The position numbers were made by a program, and so were the translations under genes. From Phycisphaerales bacterium (GTDB taxonomy: Bacteria; Planctomycetota; Phycisphaerae; Phycisphaerales; UBA1924): a stretch of DNA of 64,000 nt. The notes under the pieces were generated by a model, which had not been told where the DNA came from, searched no databases, and saw nothing but the letters and a program-made list of their open reading frames with translations. Below are positions 12,688-21,722 of the stretch, one piece after another. Within the stretch, counting starts at the first letter, position 1, and each line of letters opens with the position of its first letter. The stretch spans positions 2,336,001 through 2,400,000 of the forward strand of contig OZ245777.1 in NCBI GenBank assembly GCA_965227775.1. Direction: 5' to 3'.

Positions 12688-13383
12688 CTAATCCAGTGCG
12701 TCCACGATCGCCAGCGTCGGCGCTATGACGCCACCCTCCAGCGTTGCCAGTTCCGAGCGAAGTGTGGCTCGACCGATCCACCGCGCGTCCGCGCATTCCC
12801 ACGCCCGCTCCGCACCGGTCCGGAGCGGCGGCGGCTCACCCTCGATCCGAGCTCGCACGATGATGTCGAGGCTGCGAGCGAGCGGATCGAACACGAGCCC
12901 GATGGCCTGCGCATCGACGAGCGGCGAAGCCACGCCCACTTCTTCATCGAGCTCTGTCCGCAACGTGTCCATGACAGCCTCGAGCGCGAACGCCCCGGGT
13001 GATACGGGTACCTCGAGGCCTCCCGCGGGTGCAAACTCCCACATGCCCGGGTAGCTGCGAGTCTGCGGCCCCCGACGGGCGAGCAAGACATCCGGTCCCG
13101 TTGCAGGCCCCGCCTCGATAACGCCGGTGACACTCAGAATGGTCGTGGCCAACGCTCGATCTGCAGGTTGACACACAACGTGCGCAAAACGATCAGGTGA
13201 TGCGACAATCAAGCCGGACGCGATGTCAACAGACCGTACGGCCAGGATTGGCCCGTCGAACAACCGCGTGTTCGTAGCTTGGGCCGCCTCCCAACAGGTG
13301 CGTGAGGACGCATGAAGATCCGGATGCGAACCTCGCACCTCGACACAAAGCGGTTTCGAACAAGGTACGAATCGGACGCTCAC
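12688..13383 (-). CDS. NUDIX-family hydrolase
   Basis: YPGMWEFAPAGGLE...LRTELDEEVG Nudix box. Confidence 0.75.
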   Translation of the reverse strand: MSVRFVPCSKPLCVEVRGSHPDLHASSRTCWEAAQATNTRLFDGPILAVRSVDIASGLIVASPDRFAHVVCQPADRALATTILSVTGVIEAGPATGPDVLLARRGPQTRSYPGMWEFAPAGGLEVPVSPGAFALEAVMDTLRTELDEEVGVASPLVDAQAIGLVFDPLARSLDIIVRARIEGEPPPLRTGAERAWECADARWIGRATLRSELATLEGGVIAPTLAIVDALD

Positions 13384-13772
13384 AGCCCGAGCGCCGACGA
13401 GAGCGGACCGCCCATCTGCGACGTCAGCTCCTCGGGCAGGCCGAGCTCCCTGGCCTCCTCGGCGACGACCTCTCGTGCGAGCGACTGGGCCTTGCCCATC
13501 GCGTCGTTGGTCGCTTGCGCGATCAAGTCCTGTGCGAGCAGTTGGCTTGCCTTGTCGGCCGAGAACGCCGTCGCCATCGCCGGTTCGATGTGCACGCCAA
13601 TGACCTTCATCGCCCCGCTCACAGTCACGACGATGGCACCCTCGCCGGCCGAACCCTGCACCCTGGCCGACTCGAGCCGGTCCTTCACGCGTTCGGCCGC
13701 GTCTGCCAGCCTTTGCCGATCCTTCATCAGGCTCGTGATCGCGCCCAGGGCGCGCATCTGATCAAACACCAC
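13380..13772 (-). CDS. ybaB: YbaB/EbfC nucleoid-associated protein
   Basis: GSAGEGAIVVTVSG, DLIAQATNDA; located near dnaX. Confidence 0.85.
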   Translation of the reverse strand: MVFDQMRALGAITSLMKDRQRLADAAERVKDRLESARVQGSAGEGAIVVTVSGAMKVIGVHIEPAMATAFSADKASQLLAQDLIAQATNDAMGKAQSLAREVVAEEARELGLPEELTSQMGGPLSSALGL

Positions 13773-13787
13773 GCACCTCCGTGAGGA

Positions 13788-14123
13788 TCACTCGGCTTCT
13801 TCGACGATCGTGTAGGAGATCGCCCTGCCGCCACGGACGACGACGTCGACGACCAGCGTGTTGCTCGAATTCACGTGCGCCATGTCGAAGCGGTGGCGGC
13901 CCTCACCCATGTCCTGGGGCGAATCGTGACCCAGCCGGGCCTTGACACCCTCCAGGTCCAGACCCTCCTGGGCCATCTCGCCGCTGCGGAACCACTCCTG
14001 GGCCTCGGCTTCGTTCATGGTGCCGCCCTGCTGCGTCAGAAAGTACCACACGCCGCCAGCACACGCAACGATGATCAAGAGCAGGATGACGTTCTTGATG
14101 AGACCAGACTTCTTCGGTGCCAT
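13788..14123 (-). CDS. Small single-TM hypothetical protein
   Basis: N-terminal TM (VILLLIIVACAGGVWYFL); SD GGAG. Confidence 0.65.
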   Translation of the reverse strand: MAPKKSGLIKNVILLLIIVACAGGVWYFLTQQGGTMNEAEAQEWFRSGEMAQEGLDLEGVKARLGHDSPQDMGEGRHRFDMAHVNSSNTLVVDVVVRGGRAISYTIVEEAE

Positions 14124-14171
14124 GCCGTGTACTCCGCTGTGTGCGTGGGTGGGGTCGCCTAACGGCAGAGG

Positions 14172-14423
14172 TTAGGGGCCACTGCGGCTCGGTGTTTCAT
14201 CGGGTGCGAACAACTCGCGGGCCCGCCGCACCAGCTCGTGATCGGATGGCGGTGCGCCCAGCGATCCGTCACTCGGCTGTTCAGATCGCTCCGGCTTGGC
14301 CTCGGTCATCGCGCCGGGCCGAGCAACGGGCCTCGCCTGGTCTGCAGGTGGCACTGGCTCTTGCTTTCGTTGGGCCGGGGGCGAAACGCGCTCGGGCGGG
14401 GCCGCCGGCCTCAGGCTTTTCCC
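14172..14423 (-). other. dnaX: -1 frame C-terminal extension of dnaX (tau tail) with putative frameshift cassette
   Basis: Slippery G_GGA_AAA at 14423-14417; the -1 frame stays open to TAA 14172 and ends DHELVRRARELF. Confidence 0.7.
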
Positions 14424-15547
14424 GAGGCCATCTCCGCTGGCCGGCCCGCGCGTCCGCCGCTCGCGAGTGCGGTCAGGTCAGCAAATCGCTCGGCCATCGC
14501 CAGGCGCACGAGCGCCGAATCGAACATCGCGCGTGGCGCCGGGCTCTCGCGGCACACGCGCTGGGCGGTCTCGCATAACGCGATCATGTGGCTGAGCGCG
14601 GGCGCGTCGAATCGCCGCGATCGTTCTACCTCGGCCTGCCTCGCCGCGTCCGAAAGCTCGACGAGCGGTGTCTCCGGCCCGCACACGCCCAGCACCATCA
14701 GGTCCCGAAGCCTGTTCGCCAGCGTCTCGAGTGCCAGCTCTGGGCTGATTCCCAGGTTCAGCAGCGAGTCACCCGCGCGGATGGCCGCATCGGCATCGCC
14801 GCCCGAGATCGCGTCGACGAGGTTGCCGATCAGTTCGCGGTCGGGCAGGCCCAGCAACTCCTCGAGGCGGGCGAGCGTGAGCCGGTCATCTCCGGCGGCC
14901 ATCAGTCGATCCAGCAGGCTGAGCGCATCGCGCATCGATCCCGCACCCAGCCGCGCGACGGCAGCCAGCAGGTCGTCGTCGGCCTGAACGCCCTCCTTCT
15001 CGCTCACCTCGCGCAAGTGTTCTGCGATGCGAGACGCAGGGATCATCCGGAAGTCGAACCGCTGGCAGCGGCTCTGGATAGTGGGGGGGACCTTGTTGGC
15101 CTCGGTCGTGCACAGGATGAACTTGACGTGGTCCGGCGGCTCTTCCATCGTCTTTAGGAGGGTGTTGAACGCCTCCTTGGTCAGCATGTGGACCTCGTCG
15201 ATGATGTACACCTTCAGCTTGCCGCGCAGCGGCATGTACCCGGCGTTGGCGATGAGCTCTCGGGCGTTGTCCACGCCGCGATTGCTGGCCGCATCAATCT
15301 CGATGACGTCGCTGTCGCGGCCCTCCATGATCGCCTGGTCAACCTCGCCAGCGCCGCCTGCTAAGGCCTTCGCGAAGATCCGGGCCATCGAGGTCTTGCC
15401 AACACCCCGCGTGCCGCAGAAGAGGTACGCGTGGGCAACACGCCCCTGCTCGATGGCCTTCGCCAGCGTCCGCGCGACGGCCTCCTGCCCCACGACGGAG
15501 TCGAAATCGGTGCTGCGATAACGGCGGGCAAGGGCGGTGTAGGCCAT
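14411..15547 (-). CDS. dnaX: DNA polymerase III subunit gamma/tau (0-frame product, 378 aa)
   Basis: MAYTALARRYR, GTRGVGKT, EIDAAS, IIDEVHML, TIQSRC, GSMRDA. Confidence 0.96.
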   Translation of the reverse strand: MAYTALARRYRSTDFDSVVGQEAVARTLAKAIEQGRVAHAYLFCGTRGVGKTSMARIFAKALAGGAGEVDQAIMEGRDSDVIEIDAASNRGVDNARELIANAGYMPLRGKLKVYIIDEVHMLTKEAFNTLLKTMEEPPDHVKFILCTTEANKVPPTIQSRCQRFDFRMIPASRIAEHLREVSEKEGVQADDDLLAAVARLGAGSMRDALSLLDRLMAAGDDRLTLARLEELLGLPDRELIGNLVDAISGGDADAAIRAGDSLLNLGISPELALETLANRLRDLMVLGVCGPETPLVELSDAARQAEVERSRRFDAPALSHMIALCETAQRVCRESPAPRAMFDSALVRLAMAERFADLTALASGGRAGRPAEMASGKA

Positions 15548-15724
15548 GGGGCAGGATAGGTGGGCGCGACCGAAGCGTTCGAACTCCATGAACCGAGAAT
15601 TGGGCTTGCGTCGGCCTCGCTCTTCCGTTACACTGGCTACATGGCCACAAGGGCCACCCACCCAACCGCTGAGCGGGCCATGCGACCCCGGCGACGATCC
15701 AACCAGGCACCGAGGAGGCTTGCC

Positions 15725-17377
15725 ATGAGCAACGCCAACGATCGCGCGCGAATGTTCTGCCTTCTGGCGGCGATGGGTCTTGCCATGCCGGTCGCCGCTC
15801 AGACCGATCCGCTGGCCGAACCCTTCGGCCCGACGTTCGATTGGCGAGAGTTGCTGCCATCTCAGGGTGGGGATGGGTCGCTGGGTTACGTGCTCCGGAA
15901 CTCCCGAACTGAATGGCATCCCGGATGGCTTCGCGCGAGCAATGCGGGCGACATCAACGGCGATGGCCTGTCCGACATATTGCATGATGTGTCTCGAACC
16001 GGACGCTCCACGTGGGGCGTGCTGATGGGAAGTGAGGACCGCAACGCCGTCATCGACGTATCCGCCACGGTTGCCAACGACGGGTTTCAGCTAGCGCCGG
16101 CAGGCGCACGGGCGTACGCATCGACTGGTGTCGGTGACATCAACGGCGATGGGTTCGACGATGTTGTGGGCCAGCATGAGGGCTTTGCGTGCGGTCGGGG
16201 GTGCTATTACTACAACCAGACGACGATCGTCTTCGGGCGAGATGAGGCGGTGAGTGGGCCGTTCCCAACTTTGCTACCGCGACCATCGGCTACCTTGTGG
16301 GCAGGCATCCATGGGTGGGTCCGACCCACGAACGCTGTAGCCGATGTCAATAACGATGGCATCAACGATCTCTTGATTGAAGGTGGTGTTCCGTTTGTTG
16401 TGTTTGGTCGGCCGATCGACAAGCCGTTTCCAATTCTCGCCGACGTTTTCGACGTCATCGCAGAGACGGGCGGCTTCTCGATCGTCGACGACGAGTTCAC
16501 AACGCGCGGAGCACGCGGCGGTGGGGTCGGCGACCTCAATGGCGACGGCATCGATGACATAGCTGTCACCCTGAGACGGGCGGACGGTCCGCGGGGTGCC
16601 TACGTCATTTTCGGCCGTCCTGCTCACGAACCATTTCCCGGCGTACTGGATCCAACACTCGGCGATGCCTCAGAGGCGGTGTTCTTCAAGATCGACGACC
16701 CTGGCTGGACGGCCTCCTCCGTCGGCACGCCCGGCGACATCAACGGCGACGAGATCGACGACATGACGATCGGCGGCTTCAACAGCGATGGTCGACGGAG
16801 GCTATACGTCGTGTTCGGCCGGCACGACACCCACCGGGACCCATTTCTTCCTGCGGTCCACCTCGATGCGCTCGACGGAGATGATGGCTTCGTGCTGCGT
16901 AGCAGCGATGGATGGAGCCTTTCGGACGGGAGGCACCAGCTACTTGGCGACGTGAATGGTGATGACGTTGACGACCTGCTCGTGGGCAACGCGGTGTATT
17001 ACGGGCAGCAGCACGCTCGATACCCGGCGGTCGTGCACCCGGATGACGTGCCGGCAAACCAACTCGTTCGATTCGAGGGCGTAGGACCTCACCATCTGAC
17101 GCCGGCGGGGGATGCAAACGGCGACGGCACGCCCGATCTCGCGGCCGGCATCGACGGCGCCGACTACGAAGTCGCCGCCATCATCTACGGCCGCCGACCA
17201 CCACCGCCATGCGACGCCGATATGGACCGCGATGGTGAGCTCACGATCTTCGATTGGTTGACGTTCTATCGAGCATGGGAAGACCGCCAGCCCCTCGCCG
17301 ACCTCGATGGGGACGGCGAGTACTCGCTGCTGGACTTCTTGCTCTACCAGATCATGTTCGACGTCGGCTGCCCGTAG
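15725..17377 (+). CDS. Secreted FG-GAP/integrin-alpha repeat protein with C-terminal GC-type dockerin
   Basis: SD GAGGAGG, signal peptide, repeated GDINGDG...YVIFGR, C-terminal CDADMDRDGELTIFD...FDVGCP. Confidence 0.8.
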   Translation: MSNANDRARMFCLLAAMGLAMPVAAQTDPLAEPFGPTFDWRELLPSQGGDGSLGYVLRNSRTEWHPGWLRASNAGDINGDGLSDILHDVSRTGRSTWGVLMGSEDRNAVIDVSATVANDGFQLAPAGARAYASTGVGDINGDGFDDVVGQHEGFACGRGCYYYNQTTIVFGRDEAVSGPFPTLLPRPSATLWAGIHGWVRPTNAVADVNNDGINDLLIEGGVPFVVFGRPIDKPFPILADVFDVIAETGGFSIVDDEFTTRGARGGGVGDLNGDGIDDIAVTLRRADGPRGAYVIFGRPAHEPFPGVLDPTLGDASEAVFFKIDDPGWTASSVGTPGDINGDEIDDMTIGGFNSDGRRRLYVVFGRHDTHRDPFLPAVHLDALDGDDGFVLRSSDGWSLSDGRHQLLGDVNGDDVDDLLVGNAVYYGQQHARYPAVVHPDDVPANQLVRFEGVGPHHLTPAGDANGDGTPDLAAGIDGADYEVAAIIYGRRPPPPCDADMDRDGELTIFDWLTFYRAWEDRQPLADLDGDGEYSLLDFLLYQIMFDVGCP

Positions 17378-17383
17378 CCGGCG

Positions 17384-18022
17384 CTAATCCCGCAGCCGCC
17401 GCGGAGAGGCACTCGCAACCAAGCGCAGCGTGGGGGTGTCCCAATTGGCGTTCAGCCCGGCGTCGCCGATGTCGCTGGCCTCGACGGTGATATCCATCGT
17501 GGCCCGCGTGAGCTGGGGGCCCACGTCGTACTCGAGCGTAAAGGTCGCGTCGAGCACACCGCGGAGCAGCGGGCGGGTCTCGCTACCGGTGAGCACGCCG
17601 TCGGTGAACTCGTCGATGGTCAGCATCAGCCGTTGCGACCCGTCGGTGGCGTCGGGGTCGACCTCGGCGAAGATCCGCGTGATCTCGCGGAAGTTCAGCG
17701 CCTCGTCCTCGTTCGACACGAACTCGATGGCGTTCGTGAACATCGGGTTCTGCGTCTGATCGAGTACATCGATCGGATATGGCGCGAACTCGCGGCCCGT
17801 GCGGATCATGGTCAGCACCCGGTGCGTTACGATTCGCGTGACCACGTGCGTCGAGGCGGTCTCGCTTGTCTGCTGATAGCTCTTGAAGCTGGTATCCAGA
17901 GCCGCCAGCGAGGCCGTGAGCAGCGCCGCGCTGATGCCCAGCGCCACCATCATCTCGATCAGGCTGAAGCCCCGGCCGCTCGAGGCCAGCAGGCGACGGG
18001 TCTTGGTCATCTTCGAGTTCAC
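17384..18022 (-). CDS. Type IV minor pilin (PilW/PulJ-like)
   Basis: Prepilin cleavage motif GRG|FSLIEMMVALGI. Confidence 0.85.
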   Translation of the reverse strand: MNSKMTKTRRLLASSGRGFSLIEMMVALGISAALLTASLAALDTSFKSYQQTSETASTHVVTRIVTHRVLTMIRTGREFAPYPIDVLDQTQNPMFTNAIEFVSNEDEALNFREITRIFAEVDPDATDGSQRLMLTIDEFTDGVLTGSETRPLLRGVLDATFTLEYDVGPQLTRATMDITVEASDIGDAGLNANWDTPTLRLVASASPRRLRD

Positions 18023-20937
18023 GGGCGACCCTCCTGGTACGAGCCGGGCATGGCACGCACCTGCATTGGCAGCATGATGCCGTCGGGCAAGACCATGTTG
18101 GGATTGAATCGCAGGTTCACGCGGCCATAGCCATAGAACGGCACCGGCACCGCCTCGGCGGGAATGTCCGGGTCGTCATGTGCCAGATCGGCCAGGCCGT
18201 CACCATCGGTGTCGTAGCCGACGATCTTCTGCATGCGCATCTCGCCCGTGATGGGATCCTCGGCCATCGCCTCGGGCAGCGTCGTGGGGTCGAGCGACTC
18301 CTCATCGCCGTCCTCCGGCCCGAAGTAGCCCAGCGTGGTGTTAAACATCGCGGGATTGCCCACAGGCACGCCAAACTGGTCGACAAGCGGAGCGACGCCG
18401 GGCTTGGGCTTGAACGTCATGAGCAGCGCCCCGTCGATCGAAGCGTTGCCGCGGATATCCATAACGCCGGCAACCACCACCCCGCCAAGCTGCACGTCCT
18501 GCGTGGGCGGGCTGTTAAACGTACCCAGGTCGACCGAGTAGCCGGGCAGCATCATGCTCGACAGATCGATGAGCTCCTCGTCATCGCTGTCGGGGCGATA
18601 CCGCTCGTCCGACTTCTTGTCGGGATCGGGGTGCTCACGCAAGAAGCGCGTCGCCCCAGTGTACTGCAGCTTGTTGCGCGTCGGCGTGTACTGCGTGGGC
18701 GTATCGCTCACGATCGATCCGATGAACATGCAGTCGTGGAACCGGATGTTGTTGGACACCAGCTTGGTGTCCGTAACCCGCTTGCCATCGATCACGATGG
18801 GCTCAAGCAGATCGTCAAAGTTCACCGGCCGGGCAGTCTTGCGGAAGTCGGCCTTGTCGAGCGCTTGGGTGAATGGGTTCTGAGGGATGAAGAATCCCTG
18901 GTCGGGCGGCAGCGCCGTCGCCGGCAAGATGTCGTCCGGAAACTCAGCTGTTGCCGTCACCTCGACGCGCGGTGCCTCGGGCTGCGGACGCTCGACGTCC
19001 GGGTCATAGCTCATCTTGCCATAGAGCTCCCAGTTCAGGTGCTCGTTGTCATCTTCGGTCTGCACATAGGTGATGCCCACGAACGTGCAGTTGATGAACA
19101 GCCCGTTGAGTCCCTGCTCCAGCACGGCATCCTTGAACGTCATGTTCACGAACACAGGCCGGTAGTACCAGTCGGTGAAGTTCGGGCTGTTGAAGGGTGA
19201 CTTCTCGAAGTACGCCGTGTCCCAGTTGTCCGGCCGGCCGTCGCCATCGGCATCGGGATCCAGGCGGAAGTACTGCGGCGCCTCGGGATCGCTCCCCGGT
19301 TCCACGTACCCAACCAAGTCGCCCGGTCCACCCAGGCCCAGATTCTGTGCCACCTGCGTCCAGAACGGATCACCGTCGGCCGTACCGGCAACGATCTGGT
19401 CCTTGGCCTTGCTGAACCGATCGGTGGTCAGCTCGGGGAGGTCGTCTTCGGACGCATCAAAGGTCATCGCGGGATCATCATCAGGATCGATGGGGCCGCG
19501 CAACCGATCCTCCACCGGTCCCTGGAAGCTCTCCCAGTCTCCACGCGTCGCGCGGAAGCTCAGCGTGCCGTCCACCTTGCGGTAGAGATCGCGGGCGTCG
19601 ATGTAGCCGTCCCGGTAGCCGAGCACCTGGTCGGCATACAGGCCCGAGTAGGGATCAACGTCCTGCAGCGGCTCGTCGCCGGGCTGCCACACGCCGTCGC
19701 CGTTGGTATCCACGAAGCCGGAAACACCATTGCGGTTGCGGTCGGGCTTGGCGCTGTCGATCAGCATCGCGAGCGCGTCATCCACGCCGCGGCCCGAACC
19801 ATCGACGAACTCGGCCGTCGCGAACTCGCCCGGCGTTCCCTCACGCATCGCGTCGGAGAGCGCCACGCGGCCATCGCCGTTGGTGTCGTAGAACGCCAGG
19901 AACAGGTCGAACTCATCAATATAACCATCGCCGTTGACGTCCAGAGCCGTCTCGTCGGGCGTGCCATCGCCATCGATGTCCAAGCCGGTACCCAAGCCCT
20001 CGTCCGGGTGTCCGGCCCGCAAGCGGTTGTCGTTGTCAATGTCGAAGTCGGAGATGTTCTCGTTTAACGCATCCAGCCGGGCGTCCAGGTCCTCATCAAG
20101 GTTGCGGAAGTCCGACCGAATCAGCATCGGATCGCCGTGGGTGAAGGTCAGGTCGGTGAAGGTGGAACCCAGATCCCCGTCGATCATGACGTTCTTGCCG
20201 ATCATGATCCTGTTGGGCGAAATGACCGAGTGCTCGACCCGCTTGAGCATGCGGTAGTCGCGGCTGATCGTGCGCGTCAGCGGCACGCCGCCACGCTGGT
20301 GATCGAAGTCGTAGCCAGTCACGATGATGCGAACATCAACGCCATTCGCCAGCGGCGCATAGGTAATCTGGTACGCCTGGCCACGCGGGTCCGCGTCGGG
20401 GTCCTGCTCGATGAGGCCAACGGCCGGCGTGAAGAGCCAGTTTTCCTCGGCATACAGCGTGAGATCGACATCGATCGGCGCCGCGCCAAGCGTCGAGTCG
20501 CTGATGCCGTCGATGTCGATCGTGTTCAGATCCTCGTCGTGAATCAGGGCCAACGCGTTGGCCACGCCCGTGGGCACATCGCCGCTGGGCAGAGTCCGCA
20601 CCACCGTGTCGACGTCGACAGGGATGGTTCCCAGCCACAGGTCCTCACCGAGGTCGGCGTCGATCTGACCCCGATCGATGATGAAGCGCGTGGCGGCGAG
20701 GTCAAGCCGCTCCTCAGCGATCGCCAGCCCCGTTTCGGCGGAGCTCATCGCACGGCTCACGTGCAGGTGCGCGGCGGCCGTGCGCAGGTTGCCCTGGCTC
20801 ACGACAGCCATCGCGGCGGCCAGCGAGCCGAACAGGATCAGGAACATCATCGACAGCACCGAAACCACGCCCCGGCGGCGCGGTCCAAGGCGTCGGCTTC
20901 TACGGCGTGCGAGCGTTTTGGGTGCCTTCATCATCAC
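18019..20937 (-). CDS. Giant PilX/GspK-like minor pilin with Ca-binding DxDxDG loops
   Basis: RRRG|VVSVLSMMFLILF (no Glu5), AETGL helix, many DxDGDG motifs; 972 aa. Confidence 0.7.
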   Translation of the reverse strand: MMMKAPKTLARRRSRRLGPRRRGVVSVLSMMFLILFGSLAAAMAVVSQGNLRTAAAHLHVSRAMSSAETGLAIAEERLDLAATRFIIDRGQIDADLGEDLWLGTIPVDVDTVVRTLPSGDVPTGVANALALIHDEDLNTIDIDGISDSTLGAAPIDVDLTLYAEENWLFTPAVGLIEQDPDADPRGQAYQITYAPLANGVDVRIIVTGYDFDHQRGGVPLTRTISRDYRMLKRVEHSVISPNRIMIGKNVMIDGDLGSTFTDLTFTHGDPMLIRSDFRNLDEDLDARLDALNENISDFDIDNDNRLRAGHPDEGLGTGLDIDGDGTPDETALDVNGDGYIDEFDLFLAFYDTNGDGRVALSDAMREGTPGEFATAEFVDGSGRGVDDALAMLIDSAKPDRNRNGVSGFVDTNGDGVWQPGDEPLQDVDPYSGLYADQVLGYRDGYIDARDLYRKVDGTLSFRATRGDWESFQGPVEDRLRGPIDPDDDPAMTFDASEDDLPELTTDRFSKAKDQIVAGTADGDPFWTQVAQNLGLGGPGDLVGYVEPGSDPEAPQYFRLDPDADGDGRPDNWDTAYFEKSPFNSPNFTDWYYRPVFVNMTFKDAVLEQGLNGLFINCTFVGITYVQTEDDNEHLNWELYGKMSYDPDVERPQPEAPRVEVTATAEFPDDILPATALPPDQGFFIPQNPFTQALDKADFRKTARPVNFDDLLEPIVIDGKRVTDTKLVSNNIRFHDCMFIGSIVSDTPTQYTPTRNKLQYTGATRFLREHPDPDKKSDERYRPDSDDEELIDLSSMMLPGYSVDLGTFNSPPTQDVQLGGVVVAGVMDIRGNASIDGALLMTFKPKPGVAPLVDQFGVPVGNPAMFNTTLGYFGPEDGDEESLDPTTLPEAMAEDPITGEMRMQKIVGYDTDGDGLADLAHDDPDIPAEAVPVPFYGYGRVNLRFNPNMVLPDGIMLPMQVRAMPGSYQEGRP

Positions 20938-20956
20938 AGTCCTTCCGTCGCCCCGC

Positions 20957-21652
20957 TTATCGAGGGACGATCCACGTGACGCGTGTGACCTCCGTGGGCG
21001 CCGTTACGAACGGGCCCTCGTAGGTCACCGTCACTTCCACCTTCAGCGGAAACTCATCGATCGCGATTCCCTCCGAAGCGCCGACCGGCGGCTCGAAGTA
21101 GTCGTTCGCGAGTTCCCGTGTCGGATCCGTCGGGTGCACCTTCACCACACGAACCGTCTGCGTCCAGCCTTGCATGGGCACCGGATTGCCGTCCGGATCC
21201 AGCATGACCGAACCGTCGTCAAAGATCTCAGGGATCACCAGCCCGAACGCATCGAGAGGTCCGGGCAAGTCGTCATCATCGATGAAGCCGGGCGTTCCGT
21301 TGAACGAGAATCTGAGGCCATCGAAGTCGTCCAGGTCGTCGAAATCTTCGACAAGCACCTCGCCGTCCTCGGGCCCCCAGCCCTCCACGTCACCGCCGGC
21401 GATCCGCAAGCCGGTCACGGGGTCGTGCCGGCGCAGCGGCATGGTGAGCTCACGAAGCTCGCCACCAAGGAAGGTCGCGGTTGCCGCGTGGGTCGACCAC
21501 TGGTTGCTCCGCATGAACGCCTGGTGCGCCTCGACGATGGCCACGACCCCCACGCCGATAATCACCGTTGCGAGCGCCGTCTCGATGAGCGTGAAGCCCC
21601 GAGCGCGTCGACCGCGAGCACGTCCAGCACGTTGGCGAAGGCCATGAACCAC
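20957..21652 (-). CDS. Type IV minor pilin (PilV/PulI-like)
   Basis: ARG|FTLIETALATVII; FDDLDDFDG. Confidence 0.85.
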   Translation of the reverse strand: MVHGLRQRAGRARGRRARGFTLIETALATVIIGVGVVAIVEAHQAFMRSNQWSTHAATATFLGGELRELTMPLRRHDPVTGLRIAGGDVEGWGPEDGEVLVEDFDDLDDFDGLRFSFNGTPGFIDDDDLPGPLDAFGLVIPEIFDDGSVMLDPDGNPVPMQGWTQTVRVVKVHPTDPTRELANDYFEPPVGASEGIAIDEFPLKVEVTVTYEGPFVTAPTEVTRVTWIVPR

Positions 21653-21722
21653 GGATCACCTCCAATACGCCGGCAGGGCCCGCAGGCCCCACCAATCTTC
21701 ACTCTCCATTCCGAACGCCCGA

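Noticed and set aside
15548..15985. Long N-terminal extension of dnaX in the ORF track
   Set aside because: Overlaps the divergent FG-GAP gene; the conserved MAY.ALAR start and -10 box point to 15547.
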